32,000 nucleotides of DNA from assembly GCA_964577555.1 (NCBI GenBank), contig CAZNZM010000002.1, positions 63,012 through 95,011 of the forward strand. The letters run 5' to 3'. Numbering within the stretch: the first letter of the stretch is position 1; every line of letters starts with the position of its first letter. Source of the DNA: an uncultured archaeon (lineage in GTDB: Archaea; Iainarchaeota; Iainarchaeia; Iainarchaeales; Iainarchaeaceae). Below are positions 1-9,054 of this stretch, in pieces. Below the pieces are notes generated by a model. That model saw nothing but the letters and a program-made list of their open reading frames with translations, was not told where the DNA came from and ran no database searches. The position numbers were made by a program, and so were the translations under genes.

Positions 1-2
1 AA

Positions 3-245
3 GTTAATTATTTTGACGATAATACTCCTATAGAAGCTAAAATAATTTGGTATGCTGATAAAAGGGTTAATCATGATAAAGTGGTTTCTATGGATCAGCG
101 GTATGAGTATTTGAAGGAGCGTTATGGTTCTATTTCAAAGGGAAAGATGGATGAAATAATTGGAACTGAAAAGAATTCAAAAAGGTTGGAAAAAGAATTG
201 CTTGGTTTGGCAGGTGTTAACGAATCTTTGGAGGGTTTGTTGTGA
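3..245 (+). CDS. C-terminal fragment of an HD-superfamily phosphohydrolase-like protein (5' end outside window)
   Basis: Open frame from base 3 to TGA at 243-245 encoding VNYFDDNTPIEAKIIWYADKRVNHDKVVSMDQRYEYLKERYG..., which resembles the C-terminal part of HD-domain proteins; stop overlaps the next GTG start. Confidence 0.55.
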   Translation, partial: VNYFDDNTPIEAKIIWYADKRVNHDKVVSMDQRYEYLKERYGSISKGKMDEIIGTEKNSKRLEKELLGLAGVNESLEGLL

Positions 246-583
246 CAAAAGTTAAGAAGTTTGTTAATCCTATTCCAAGGGTTTTGCGTGGCAAGAAAAG
301 GTATTTAAAATTTGCTTTTTTGTCTTTAAAAAGTTTTTCCGAAAAATCTGTTTGGTCTTCTGTCATGAGTGTTTTTTTTCAGCTTTTTGGCGAGGTTGGT
401 TTGGCAAATCAGAAGCTTTGGTTTGTGTCTTGGAATCAGGATAAATGTGAAGGTATTATTCGCTGTAGCCATGATTCGGTTGAGCATGTAAAAGCCGGTT
501 TGTTGTTTGTGCAGGAAATTGATAGTGATAAGGTAATTCCTGTTTTGCTTAAGGTTTCTGGTTCTATTAAGAAGTTGAAGTGA
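242..583 (+). CDS. rnp2: Ribonuclease P protein component 2 (Pop5/Rpp14 family)
   Basis: 113 aa ORF (RVLRGKKRYLKFAF...GLANQKLWFVSWNQDKCEGIIRCSHDSVEHVKAGL) immediately upstream of the proteasome/exosome cluster; matches Pop5 pattern and expected synteny. Confidence 0.85.
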   Translation: MTKVKKFVNPIPRVLRGKKRYLKFAFLSLKSFSEKSVWSSVMSVFFQLFGEVGLANQKLWFVSWNQDKCEGIIRCSHDSVEHVKAGLLFVQEIDSDKVIPVLLKVSGSIKKLK

Positions 584-683
584 TTTTTTTTGGTTATTAT
601 TATTTTTTTGGTTTTTTTGAAAGTATTATTTATATACCTTACTATAATGAAATAGTATTGTTTTTCGAAGAGAGTGATTTGTT

Positions 684-1406
684 TTGTATCCAAGTTCTCA
701 GCCTGCAAACTATGATCGTGCAGCCACGATGTTTTCGCCTGATGGAAGGCTTTATCAGGTGGAGTATGCATCTAAAATAGTTTCGCAAGGCACTATGGGT
801 GTTGCTTGTAAGTTTTCTGATGGTGTTGTTTTTGCTGCTGATAAGAAGATAACCAGCAGGCTTTTGATTCCCGACTCTGTTGAGAAAATTTTTCCTATTG
901 ATGATCATATTATTGCGGTTTCTGCGGGGCTTGTTGGTGATGCCAGGCGTCTTATTGGCATTGCTAGGCAGAAGGCTCAAGAGAATAGGATTTATTATGA
1001 TAGTGAGATTCAAATAGAGACTCTTGTTAAGGAAGTTTCAAACATAAAACAGCTTTATACTCAATATGGCGGTATGAGGCCTTTTGGCATTTCATTTATT
1101 GTTGGAGGTGTTGATAGTACTGGCAAGCGTCTTTTTGAAACAGAGCCTTCTGGTGCTCTTGCCGAATATCATGCAATTGCCATAGGCAAAAACAGGAATA
1201 AAGCCATGGATTTTTTTGAAAAGGAATATAAGGAGAATCTTTCAAGGGATGCTGGGGTAAGGCTTTTGCTTAAAGCTCTTGAGTTTGGGCTTGACGAGAA
1301 GGAGAAGCTTGACATTAAAAGGGTTCAAGTAATGTATGTTGATTCTTCAAAAAAGTTTACTTCCATATCCCAAGAAGAGCTTAAGTTAATAATTTCAAAA
1401 CAATGA
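684..1406 (+). CDS. psmA: Proteasome subunit alpha
   Basis: YDRAATMFSPDGRLYQVEYASKIV N-terminal signature, GVVFAADKK, TTG start at 684; canonical superoperon position. Confidence 0.97.
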   Translation: MYPSSQPANYDRAATMFSPDGRLYQVEYASKIVSQGTMGVACKFSDGVVFAADKKITSRLLIPDSVEKIFPIDDHIIAVSAGLVGDARRLIGIARQKAQENRIYYDSEIQIETLVKEVSNIKQLYTQYGGMRPFGISFIVGGVDSTGKRLFETEPSGALAEYHAIAIGKNRNKAMDFFEKEYKENLSRDAGVRLLLKALEFGLDEKEKLDIKRVQVMYVDSSKKFTSISQEELKLIISKQ

Positions 1407-1449
1407 GTTTTGATTGAATTTGTTTTTTTTAGGGAAAAGGTAATTTAAA

Positions 1450-2151
1450 ATGGTAAGGGTAGAGGATGCGGTAATTGCTCGGTTTGAACATTCTGGGGAG
1501 AGATTTGAAATACTTGTAGATCCCAACCTTGCAATGGATTTGAAGCATGGCAAAGATGTTGATTTTGATGATCTTTTAGCCATTGATTCTATTTTCAAGG
1601 ATGCGCATAAGGGCGAGGTTAAGAGTGAGGAGTCTTTGAGAAAGGTTTTTGGAACCACTAATGTTTATGATGTTGCGAGGCGTATTATACTTGAAGGCGA
1701 GGTGCAATTGACAACTCAACAAAGGAAGGAGATTGCCGATAGGAAAAGAAAGGAGATAATTAATTTTATTTCAAGAAACGCTATGAATCCACAGACAAAG
1801 GCTCCGCATCCTGCCCAAAGAATTGAGGCTGCTCTTAATGAGCTTAAATTTAATGTTGATATAAATAAGCCTACTCAGGAGTTGGTGCAAGAGGCTCTTA
1901 AAGGCATTAGAAAGTTGCTTCCTATTTCAATGGATAAGCTTAATATTGCGGTAAAAATTCCTGCTGAGTTTTCAGGCAAGGCTTCTGTTATTTTGCATAA
2001 GTATGGTTTGAAAAAGGAGGAGTGGCAGAATGATGGTAGTTTGGTTGCGCTTCTTGAATTGCCTGCTGGAGCAAAGCAGGATCTTTTCAATGAATTGAAT
2101 CATTTGACGCATGGACAGGTTGAGTCAAGGATTTTGGAGAACAAGGGGTGA
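1450..2151 (+). CDS. Ribosome maturation protein SBDS (Sdo1 homologue)
   Basis: MVRVEDAVIARFEHSGERFEILVDPNLAMDLKHG...; SBDS family; position between psmA and rrp4. Confidence 0.95.
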   Translation: MVRVEDAVIARFEHSGERFEILVDPNLAMDLKHGKDVDFDDLLAIDSIFKDAHKGEVKSEESLRKVFGTTNVYDVARRIILEGEVQLTTQQRKEIADRKRKEIINFISRNAMNPQTKAPHPAQRIEAALNELKFNVDINKPTQELVQEALKGIRKLLPISMDKLNIAVKIPAEFSGKASVILHKYGLKKEEWQNDGSLVALLELPAGAKQDLFNELNHLTHGQVESRILENKG

Positions 2152-2157
2152 GTTTTT

Positions 2158-2832
2158 GTGAAAAGATTGGTTATACCTGGTGAATTGGTGACTGAGGAGA
2201 GGAAGAAGTTGGGTTCTCATGTTTTTGTGCGTGAGGGCAAAATTTATTCTGATTCCATTGGTTTGGTGAATGATGAGAGTGATTTTGCTTCTGTCGTGCC
2301 TCTTGAAGGCAGGTATATGCCTCAAGTTGGTGATATTGTAATAGGGGTTATTACTGGGGAGAAATTTGCTGTTTATGTCATTGATATAAATAGTTTTTAT
2401 CAAAGTTTTGTTTTGAAGAAGGATATTCGTGAAATGCTTAAACCTGGTAGTATTGTTTCTGCAAAAGTTGTTAAGGTTAATGAGCTTAATGAAGTGGAAC
2501 TTGCAATGCCGAGGCTTTTTTTTGGTGGTGAAGTTATTGATATTTCTCCTGTGAAAATACCTCGTGTTATAGGCCGGGATGGTTCTATGTTGAATTTGCT
2601 TAAAGAGGGTACCGGCTCTATGATAATGGTTGGCAGGAATGGGCGTATTTGGGCAAAAGGCGGCAATATTGATTTGCTCAAAAAGGCTCTTGCCAAGATT
2701 GAGTCGGAAGCTCATTTGGATAATCTTACTAACAGAGTTGCTGAGTTTCTTAATTTGCATTCTGTTAATAAGCCGAAATTGGCTTCTGATGGTTTGCATG
2801 ATGGTTTTGATAATGAAGAGGTTGATCATTAA
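2158..2832 (+). CDS. rrp4: Exosome complex RNA-binding protein Rrp4
   Basis: S1-like region (VGDIVIGVITGEKFAVYVIDINSFYQSF) followed by KH-like region (VIGRDGSMLNLLKEGTGSMIMVGRNGRIWAKG); GTG start. Confidence 0.95.
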   Translation: MKRLVIPGELVTEERKKLGSHVFVREGKIYSDSIGLVNDESDFASVVPLEGRYMPQVGDIVIGVITGEKFAVYVIDINSFYQSFVLKKDIREMLKPGSIVSAKVVKVNELNEVELAMPRLFFGGEVIDISPVKIPRVIGRDGSMLNLLKEGTGSMIMVGRNGRIWAKGGNIDLLKKALAKIESEAHLDNLTNRVAEFLNLHSVNKPKLASDGLHDGFDNEEVDH

Positions 2833-3599
2833 TGGGTAAAAAGAAGGAAGTTGAAATGACATATGTGGATTCAAAAGGTAAAAGGCTTGATGGAAGAAAA
2901 GTTGATGAGCTTAGGCCTATAAAAATAACTTGTGGAGTCATACCAATGGCTGATGGTTCTGCTTACCTTGAATGGGGGCAGAATAAGGTTATTGCTGCGG
3001 TTCATGGGCCTTCTGAATGTTTGCCAAAGCATACTGCTTCGCCGTATAAGGCAATGGTGAAGTTTAGTTATAGGATGGCTACTTTCAGCGTGCCTGATAG
3101 AAAAAATCCCAAGCCTGGCAGAAGGGAGATTGAGATTTCGAAGGTTTGTGGTGAAGCTCTTGAAAGAGTGATTTTTACTGAGCGTTTTCCAAATACTGAA
3201 ATTAATATAACTGTTGAAATAATTGACAGCAACGCTGGTTCAAGGATTGCTGCTCTTACTGCAGCTTCCGTGGCGCTTGCAGATGCTGGCATTCCAATGA
3301 GGGACATGGTTTGTGGCACAAGTGTTGGCAAGGCTGGTGGCAAGTTGATTGTGGATTTGAATAAGGATGAAGAGGATGCTCCTGATGCTGTTGATATTCC
3401 TGTTGCAATAATGCCTAATACTGGTGAGATAGTTTTGTTGCAGCTTGACGGGATATTGACTCGCAAAGAGTGGGATGATGCTGTGAAAATGGCTTTTGAA
3501 GCAGCGCAAAAGGTTTATGAAATACAAAGACAGGCTCTTAAAGCCAAATATGCTGAGCCTGATGCAGTTAGTGAGAAAGGAGTTGAGCAGGATGAGTAA
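2832..3599 (+). CDS. rrp41: Exosome complex exonuclease Rrp41
   Basis: KGKRLDGRKVDELRPIKITCGVIPMADGSAYLEWGQNKVIAAVHGP, RNase PH family; start overlaps the rrp4 stop. Confidence 0.97.
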   Translation: MGKKKEVEMTYVDSKGKRLDGRKVDELRPIKITCGVIPMADGSAYLEWGQNKVIAAVHGPSECLPKHTASPYKAMVKFSYRMATFSVPDRKNPKPGRREIEISKVCGEALERVIFTERFPNTEINITVEIIDSNAGSRIAALTAASVALADAGIPMRDMVCGTSVGKAGGKLIVDLNKDEEDAPDAVDIPVAIMPNTGEIVLLQLDGILTRKEWDDAVKMAFEAAQKVYEIQRQALKAKYAEPDAVSEKGVEQDE

Positions 3600-4371
3600 T
3601 GGTTTTTGGGATTTGAGGGTTGATAAGATTATTGCTGATCTCAAGGAAGGCAAGAGGCAGGATGGCAGGAAAGTTGACGAGCTTAGAAACGTGGTTATTA
3701 CAAATAACATAAGCGAGAATGCTGCTGGTTCAGCAAGAGTTAAATGGGGCTATACTGATGTTATATTTGGAGTAAAATTTGAAATTGCTGAACCTTATCC
3801 TGATACTCCTGATGAAGGCGGCATAAGTGTAGGAGTTGAACTTTTGCCAATGGCGGATCCTGATTATGAAGTTGGTCCGCCTTCGGAAGAGGCTATTGAG
3901 CTTTCAAGAGTTGTTGACAGGGGAATAAGAGAGAGCAAGGGTATTGATTTTAAGGAGCTTTGCCTTGTTGAAGGTGAAAAAGTTTTGATGGCTTATGTGG
4001 ATGGTTATGTCATTAATAATGATGGCAACCTTTTTGATGCGTGTGCAATTGGTGCTTTGAGTTCTCTTCTAAATTGCAGACTTCCAAAAGTTGAAGACGG
4101 CAAAATCGTGGCAGGAGAATACTCTGGCAAATTGAAGTTGAAGTACAAACCAATTTTAAGCACTTTTGGCAAAATAGGGACTGTCATTGTTGCTGATCCT
4201 TTGTTGGCTGAAGAAAAAGCAATGTCTGCAAGGTTTTCGGTTTCTTTGATGGACGATGACAGAATATGTGCGTTTCAAAAAGGACTTTCAGGTTCTTTTA
4301 AATTGGACGAAATAAACAATTGTCTTGACATTGCCGCAAAGAACAGTAAGCTTTTAAGAAAGTTATTGTAG
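3592..4371 (+). CDS. rrp42: Exosome complex component Rrp42
   Basis: RNase PH-like (EGKRQDGRKVDELRNVVITNNISENAAGSARVKWGYTDVIFGVKFEI); ATG at 3592 preferred over the track start 3496, which overlaps rrp41 heavily. Confidence 0.95.
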   Translation: MSNGFWDLRVDKIIADLKEGKRQDGRKVDELRNVVITNNISENAAGSARVKWGYTDVIFGVKFEIAEPYPDTPDEGGISVGVELLPMADPDYEVGPPSEEAIELSRVVDRGIRESKGIDFKELCLVEGEKVLMAYVDGYVINNDGNLFDACAIGALSSLLNCRLPKVEDGKIVAGEYSGKLKLKYKPILSTFGKIGTVIVADPLLAEEKAMSARFSVSLMDDDRICAFQKGLSGSFKLDEINNCLDIAAKNSKLLRKLL

Positions 4372-4382
4372 GAGTGTAAATT

Positions 4383-4739
4383 ATGGGTAGTACAAAAAAA
4401 GTTAAAAGTACAGGGCGTTTTGGCTCGCGTTATGGCGTAGGGATAAGAAAAAGGCTTCTTGATATAGAGCCAGAACAAAAAGCAAAAAACAAATGCCCTG
4501 ATTGTGGTTCTTATAATGTTAAAAGGGTAAGCAAAGGTATTTTTGAATGCAAAAAATGCAATGCCAAATTTATTGGCGGAGCCTATTTGCCTCAAACTCT
4601 TGCCGGCAAAATTATAAATCAAATGGTTTCACTTAAAAGTTTCTCACAAGAAATGCTTGCTTCGCTTTCAAAGGCAAAGGGCGAAGAATTGCAAAGTGAT
4701 GGCCAACAAGGTGATAATGAAAAAAAGGAGGTTGCTTGA
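4383..4739 (+). CDS. rpl37ae: Ribosomal protein L37Ae (eL43)
   Basis: GSTKKVKSTGRFGSRYGVGIRKRLLDIE...CPDCGSYNVKRVSKGIFECKKCNAKFIGGAY, with a non-conserved acidic/lysine tail. Confidence 0.95.
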   Translation: MGSTKKVKSTGRFGSRYGVGIRKRLLDIEPEQKAKNKCPDCGSYNVKRVSKGIFECKKCNAKFIGGAYLPQTLAGKIINQMVSLKSFSQEMLASLSKAKGEELQSDGQQGDNEKKEVA

Positions 4740-4871
4740 ATGTATAAATGTTTGCAATGCGGAAAGGAAGTTTCTAACCTAGTGGCTGGTGCGATCAGGT
4801 GTCCTGCTTGCGGTTCAAAAATTTTTTCCAAAATGAGAGACTCTATTTTAAAAAATGTGAAGGCAGTTTGA
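4740..4871 (+). CDS. rpoP: DNA-directed RNA polymerase subunit P (RpoP, Rpb12-like)
   Basis: 43 aa zinc-ribbon protein MYKCLQCGKEVSNLVAGAIRCPACGSKIFSKMRDSILKNVKAV read manually; not in the ORF track because it is short; expected position after L37Ae. Confidence 0.88.
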   Translation: MYKCLQCGKEVSNLVAGAIRCPACGSKIFSKMRDSILKNVKAV

Positions 4872-5107
4872 TGGAACAAGTTTTTTTGGAATTCAGGTTT
4901 CAAAACGAAACCTGTGCCAATTTTGCGGTTTTGGCATTATCGCCTGAATTGAATAGAAGATTAGGTCAACGTTCTTCAATTTTAATACAAAGCAATAAAA
5001 ATATTGTCAAGCTTAAAATATTTGCAAATGACAAGCATGCTTTGAAAGCTTCAGAGCATTCTTATAAAAGTTTGTTGGGTCTTTGTCTTAAACTTTGCAA
5101 TTTATGA
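4871..5107 (+). CDS. KEOPS complex subunit Pcc1-like
   Basis: MEQVFLEFRFQNETCANFAVLALSPELN...LKIFANDKHALKASEHSYKSLLGLCLKL; Pcc1-like length and position before prefoldin beta; ATG overlaps the rpoP stop. Confidence 0.75.
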   Translation: MEQVFLEFRFQNETCANFAVLALSPELNRRLGQRSSILIQSNKNIVKLKIFANDKHALKASEHSYKSLLGLCLKLCNL

Positions 5108-5120
5108 AGGTGGATTTTTT

Positions 5121-5474
5121 ATGGTTGATTTGAACAAAAACATTCAAGAATTTGAAAGAAGCAGGGTTCAACTTGCCGCAATAGAAAACCAAAGCAATAC
5201 TCTTTCAATGCAAAGCAAATTCATAGATGAAGCGTTGAAAGAATTAAAAGAAACTAAAGAGGAAAAGGTTTACAAGGCTGTTGGAAACATTTTAATACTT
5301 TCAGATTCAAAAAAAGTCATGAAAGAACTTGAAGAGCAGAAGGAAACAATTGCCTTGAGATTGAAGACAATTAAAAAGCAGGAAGAAGCAGTTATTGACA
5401 AAATGAACAAGCTCAAAAACGAAATTGAAAATGCTCAAAAAAGTTCCACTGGAGAAAATAAAGAGGAAAATTAA
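5121..5474 (+). CDS. pfdB: Prefoldin subunit beta
   Basis: 117 aa coiled-coil protein (IQEFERSRVQLAAIENQSNTLSMQSKFIDEALKELKETKEEKVYKAVGNILI); canonical cluster member. Confidence 0.9.
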   Translation: MVDLNKNIQEFERSRVQLAAIENQSNTLSMQSKFIDEALKELKETKEEKVYKAVGNILILSDSKKVMKELEEQKETIALRLKTIKKQEEAVIDKMNKLKNEIENAQKSSTGENKEEN

Positions 5475-6488
5475 ATGGTGCTGAAAAGCCTTTCAAAGTT
5501 TTTCGGCAAAAAATTGCTTATTATTGCTCATTCCGGCGCTGATGTTGATGCCATGGCTTCGGCTGGCGCCATATATTTTTCATTACGTAAAAAAATCCAG
5601 ATTAAAATAGGTGTTCCGGACCATGTGAACCTCAACGCAAAAAAATTGTGTGAAAGCCTTGGCATAAAATACGAAATTAATCCTTTATTAAAAAATTTTG
5701 ATTGCGTTTTATGTGTTGACTTTTCAAGTAGCGAAATGCTTGGGTCGATGAAAAAAGATTTTGATTTTTTTACTGGTGAAAAATTTGTTATAGATCACCA
5801 CGACAAAAAAAAGCCACGTCTTGTTCCTGAAAACAATTTTGTAATTAGGGAAACCGCTGTTTCTTCGACTGAAATTGTTTATGAATTGCTGAAATCAACC
5901 AATGGAGCAACCATTTCAAAAAAAGCATATGCTTGTATTGCAGCCGGAATAATTTCAGATTCTGCAGGATTTATGGTTGCCGACCACAATACTTTTTCAA
6001 TAATGGCTGATTCTCTTAAAGGCGCAGGCATGTCGTATTATAAAGTCGCTTCGCTTTTTTATTTGCCAAAAGATATTTCCGAATCCATTGCAATGTTAAA
6101 AGCGGCAAAAAGAGCAAGGTTTTTCAGGAGTAGCAATGTTTTAATTGCAATATCTCAAATAGGTTCTTTTGAAGCTGATGCCGCTTCAGGATTGATTAAG
6201 TTAGGAGCGACTGTCGCCTTTTGTGGTTATGCTGAGAAAAGCAAAATAAGGGTTAGTGGTAGAGTGAATAATAATTGGTTAAAAGAAAACAACTTTGATT
6301 TGGCAAAAGACGTATTTCAAAAACTTGCGTTAAAGTTTGGCGGAGCGGGTGGTGGCCATTCCGGAGCGGCTGGTTTCAACGGAAACGGAGAAGAAGTTGA
6401 ATCAGTTTTATTAGAATGCGTAAGGCTTGTCCATTCATTTGTTTTAAATAAATTTAAAGGGGCAAAATTGAGTGAACTTGTTGATTAA
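5475..6488 (+). CDS. DHH/DHHA1 family phosphoesterase (NrnA/RecJ-like)
   Basis: IIAHSGADVDAMASAGAIYFSL, VLCVDFSSSEML, VIDHHDKK and C-terminal FGGAGGGHSGAAGF motifs. Confidence 0.92.
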   Translation: MVLKSLSKFFGKKLLIIAHSGADVDAMASAGAIYFSLRKKIQIKIGVPDHVNLNAKKLCESLGIKYEINPLLKNFDCVLCVDFSSSEMLGSMKKDFDFFTGEKFVIDHHDKKKPRLVPENNFVIRETAVSSTEIVYELLKSTNGATISKKAYACIAAGIISDSAGFMVADHNTFSIMADSLKGAGMSYYKVASLFYLPKDISESIAMLKAAKRARFFRSSNVLIAISQIGSFEADAASGLIKLGATVAFCGYAEKSKIRVSGRVNNNWLKENNFDLAKDVFQKLALKFGGAGGGHSGAAGFNGNGEEVESVLLECVRLVHSFVLNKFKGAKLSELVD

Positions 6489-6574
6489 TTTTTTAGCGCT
6501 TGCCGCTTTGAAAGTGAAAAATTGTGTCTTTTAAGAACCTTAAGAACCAAGTACTTTAATTGGTAGTAGGCCCT

Positions 6575-6760
6575 TTATTTTTTTCTTTTTTTTCTTTCAG
6601 CTTCAAGGTCTTTTATTTTTTCAATTTCTTCAGGATTATATGGTTTTGCATATTTCCTGTATTTTGTTTTAGCCCAATGTTCAGGTTGTTTTTTTCTTAA
6701 TTCAAGCTCTTCATTTATCAAATTTTTTCTGAGTTTTTCCGACGGTTTAGGAAACTGCAC
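6575..6760 (-). CDS. Small charged hypothetical protein
   Basis: 61 aa ORF rich in K/E/P (MQFPKPSEKLRKNLINEELELRKKQPEHWAKTKYRKYAKPYNPEEIEKIKD...) in an otherwise unassigned interval. Confidence 0.45.
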   Translation of the reverse strand: MQFPKPSEKLRKNLINEELELRKKQPEHWAKTKYRKYAKPYNPEEIEKIKDLEAERKKRKK

Positions 6761-6877
6761 ATATTAATATTGTTTTTTTTATATTTAAGCCAACCTGTTA
6801 AATGTGTTAGATGAAAGAGGTTTAAAAGTTTTTGATTTTTTTTTAGCTTCAATTGGTCAATTAAGAATTTTTCATAT

Positions 6878-7195
6878 TTACATGTTTTTTATTTTTAAAA
6901 AACAAGATTCGCATATGAATTTATCCATGAAGTCCATTCCATTTTTGCTGAATTGAGAGCACAATATGCACGGTCTGCCTTCTTTTATTTTAGTTTGGAG
7001 GCTCCAAATGTAAAGAGTTTCCCAGTCAAGCCAAGCAGGAAGAACAATTTCATTTAATACTGTTTTATCGTTTTGCTGTATTCTAATAATTTGAGATGGT
7101 ACTAGTTGTTTATTGAGTTTTTCCAAAAATTCAACTCTTTCTTTTTGTCCTCGTCTTATCATATCTAATTTTTTTGCTTCCCAAATTTCATCCAT
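6878..7195 (-). CDS. Hypothetical protein with C-terminal Cys4 zinc-finger
   Basis: 105 aa ORF ending CILCSQFSKNGMDFMDKFICESCFLKIKNM (CxxC...CxxC). Confidence 0.6.
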   Translation of the reverse strand: MDEIWEAKKLDMIRRGQKERVEFLEKLNKQLVPSQIIRIQQNDKTVLNEIVLPAWLDWETLYIWSLQTKIKEGRPCILCSQFSKNGMDFMDKFICESCFLKIKNM

Positions 7196-7376
7196 GAATT
7201 AAGAAAATGCATTAATATATTTAATTTCAACTGTTGTCAGATTTGCCGGTTAAAGTTGTAAATTTTTATTTAAAAAACAGGGGCCTTTTTGTGCGCAAGG
7301 CTTGGCAATTATGCATTGTTTTTATCTGAAAAAAATTGTGCTTTAATAGGGTAAGAAGTATTTTAAATTAATTTTT

Positions 7377-7742
7377 TTAAAGGTATATTATTTTTTTTCC
7401 TTTTTTTATTTTTTTCCTTTCAGCATACTTTATCAGATAATGGCAGGTGCTTTTAGGTATGCCTGTTATTTTCTCTATTTCTCGGTATGTTCTGTTGTCT
7501 CTGTGCATTTCCACTACTTCTAAAATTTTTTCCAAGTCGAGTTTTATAGGTCTTCCAGCAGAATTTTCAACAATTATGTTTCCGCCTGATTCTTTTATGA
7601 GTTTTAAAGTTTTTTTTGGCATTCGCTCTAATGTGCTTTTCGGCATTCTGAATTCTTTTATTCCTGATTCAATCATTTTTTTCACATAGGCAAATTTTTG
7701 AGGCCTTGCCAAATGGATTTTTGTTTCATTCATACTACTCAT
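7377..7742 (-). CDS. Helix-turn-helix protein (resolvase/Hin-like HTH)
   Basis: GRPIKLDLEKILEVVEMHRDNRTYREIEKITGIPKSTCHYLIKYAERKKIKKGKK resembles the small HTH of recombinase/transposase-associated domains; no catalytic domain. Confidence 0.6.
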   Translation of the reverse strand: MSSMNETKIHLARPQKFAYVKKMIESGIKEFRMPKSTLERMPKKTLKLIKESGGNIIVENSAGRPIKLDLEKILEVVEMHRDNRTYREIEKITGIPKSTCHYLIKYAERKKIKKGKKIIYL

Positions 7743-7785
7743 TTTTGATATACGTAACTTTTTTAAGTAAATTCAAATTCTTTTT

Positions 7786-8991
7786 TTGCTGATTTGTATG
7801 AAAGGTTTTGACAGTATTAAGTCTGCATTGAAAGATCTTAAAAATGGAAAAATGGTGGTTGTGGTTGATGGTGATGATCGGGAAAATGAAGGGGATATTT
7901 TGCTTGCTGCCGAAAAGGCGACTCCAGAAAAATTGAATTTTATAATAAAAGAAGCAAGAGGCCTTTTATGTGTTCCAATAACACAGAAAAAAGCAGATCA
8001 ATTGGGCCTTCCGAAAATGACTTGGCAGAATGACAAATTTAATACTCCTTTTACTGTTTCTGTTGATGCGGCTTCTTGCGGTACAGGTATAAGCGTGCAA
8101 GACAGGCTTCTCACTATTAAAAAAATTCTTTCCGAAAAGTCCAAACCAGAGTCATTGCGCCGACCCGGGCATTTGTTTCCTTTGGTTGCTCAGGATGCAG
8201 GAGTTCTTGCGAGGCCGGGCCACACGGAAGCCGCGGTTGATTTGCTTTTGCTTGCAAATCTGAAACCAGTCGGAGTAATTTCAGAAATTATGAACGATGA
8301 CGGTTCAATGGCAAGGTTGCCAGAATTAAAGAAATTTGCTAAATTGCATAATTTGAAATTGATTTCAATAAGGGATTTAATCGATTACAAGATTTCTGCA
8401 GGAAAAAACATTTTAGAATGTGGTCATGCCAAGCTTCCAACAAAATTTGGAAATTTTGAAGCAATAGGTTTTCGCGATTCCCTTGCAAACGAAATTTATT
8501 TAGTAGTAAAAAAAGGAGATTTGAAAAAAGGCAAATCGCCTTTGGTAAGAATTCATTCTGCATGCATAACTGGAGATGTTTTTCACAGCCTTAGGTGTGA
8601 CTGCAATGATCAATTGCATGCAGCGTTAAAAAAAATTGAAAGAAATGGAAATGGTTTGGTTATTTATGTGCCTCATCATGAAGGCAGAGGGGCTGGGCTT
8701 TTGAACAAGCTTAAAGCTTATGAATTGCAAGAAAAAGGCAGGGACACTGTTGATGCAAATTTGGAGCTTGGCTTGGAAATTGATAGCAGGGATTTTGGTC
8801 CAAGCGCACAAATTTTGCTTCATTTAGGAATTAAGAAAATCAGATTAATGAGCAACAACCCTGTAAAAAAATTGAATCTTGAAGCTTATGGTATAAAGAT
8901 CACAGAAGTGGTGCCTTTAAAGGTAAAACCTAACAAATATAATAAATTTTATCTTGAAACCAAAAAATTAAAATTAGGACATTTTTTATAA
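7786..8991 (+). CDS. ribBA: Bifunctional 3,4-dihydroxy-2-butanone-4-phosphate synthase / GTP cyclohydrolase II
   Basis: RibB part VVVVDGDDRENEGDILLAAEKATPE, RPGHTEAAVDL; RibA part RIHSACITGDVFHSLRCDCNDQLHAAL, HHEGRGAGLLNKLKAYELQ, LMSNNPVKK. Confidence 0.97.
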   Translation: MLICMKGFDSIKSALKDLKNGKMVVVVDGDDRENEGDILLAAEKATPEKLNFIIKEARGLLCVPITQKKADQLGLPKMTWQNDKFNTPFTVSVDAASCGTGISVQDRLLTIKKILSEKSKPESLRRPGHLFPLVAQDAGVLARPGHTEAAVDLLLLANLKPVGVISEIMNDDGSMARLPELKKFAKLHNLKLISIRDLIDYKISAGKNILECGHAKLPTKFGNFEAIGFRDSLANEIYLVVKKGDLKKGKSPLVRIHSACITGDVFHSLRCDCNDQLHAALKKIERNGNGLVIYVPHHEGRGAGLLNKLKAYELQEKGRDTVDANLELGLEIDSRDFGPSAQILLHLGIKKIRLMSNNPVKKLNLEAYGIKITEVVPLKVKPNKYNKFYLETKKLKLGHFL

Positions 8992-9054
8992 AATTTGTTT
9001 TTTGAAATTATTCATTAAACATTTGTTTAAATTAATTTATCAAGGTGTTTTAAA

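Noticed and set aside
2125-2874. 249-aa minus-strand ORF across rrp4
   Set aside because: Antisense shadow of a confidently identified Rrp4 gene; low-complexity composition with no motif.
6560-7420. Similar T/C-rich strings (tttttttctttttttt...ctttcag) near 6583 and 7400 considered as repeats
   Set aside because: They encode lysine-rich C-termini on the minus strand and are simple low-complexity sequence, not convincing repeats.
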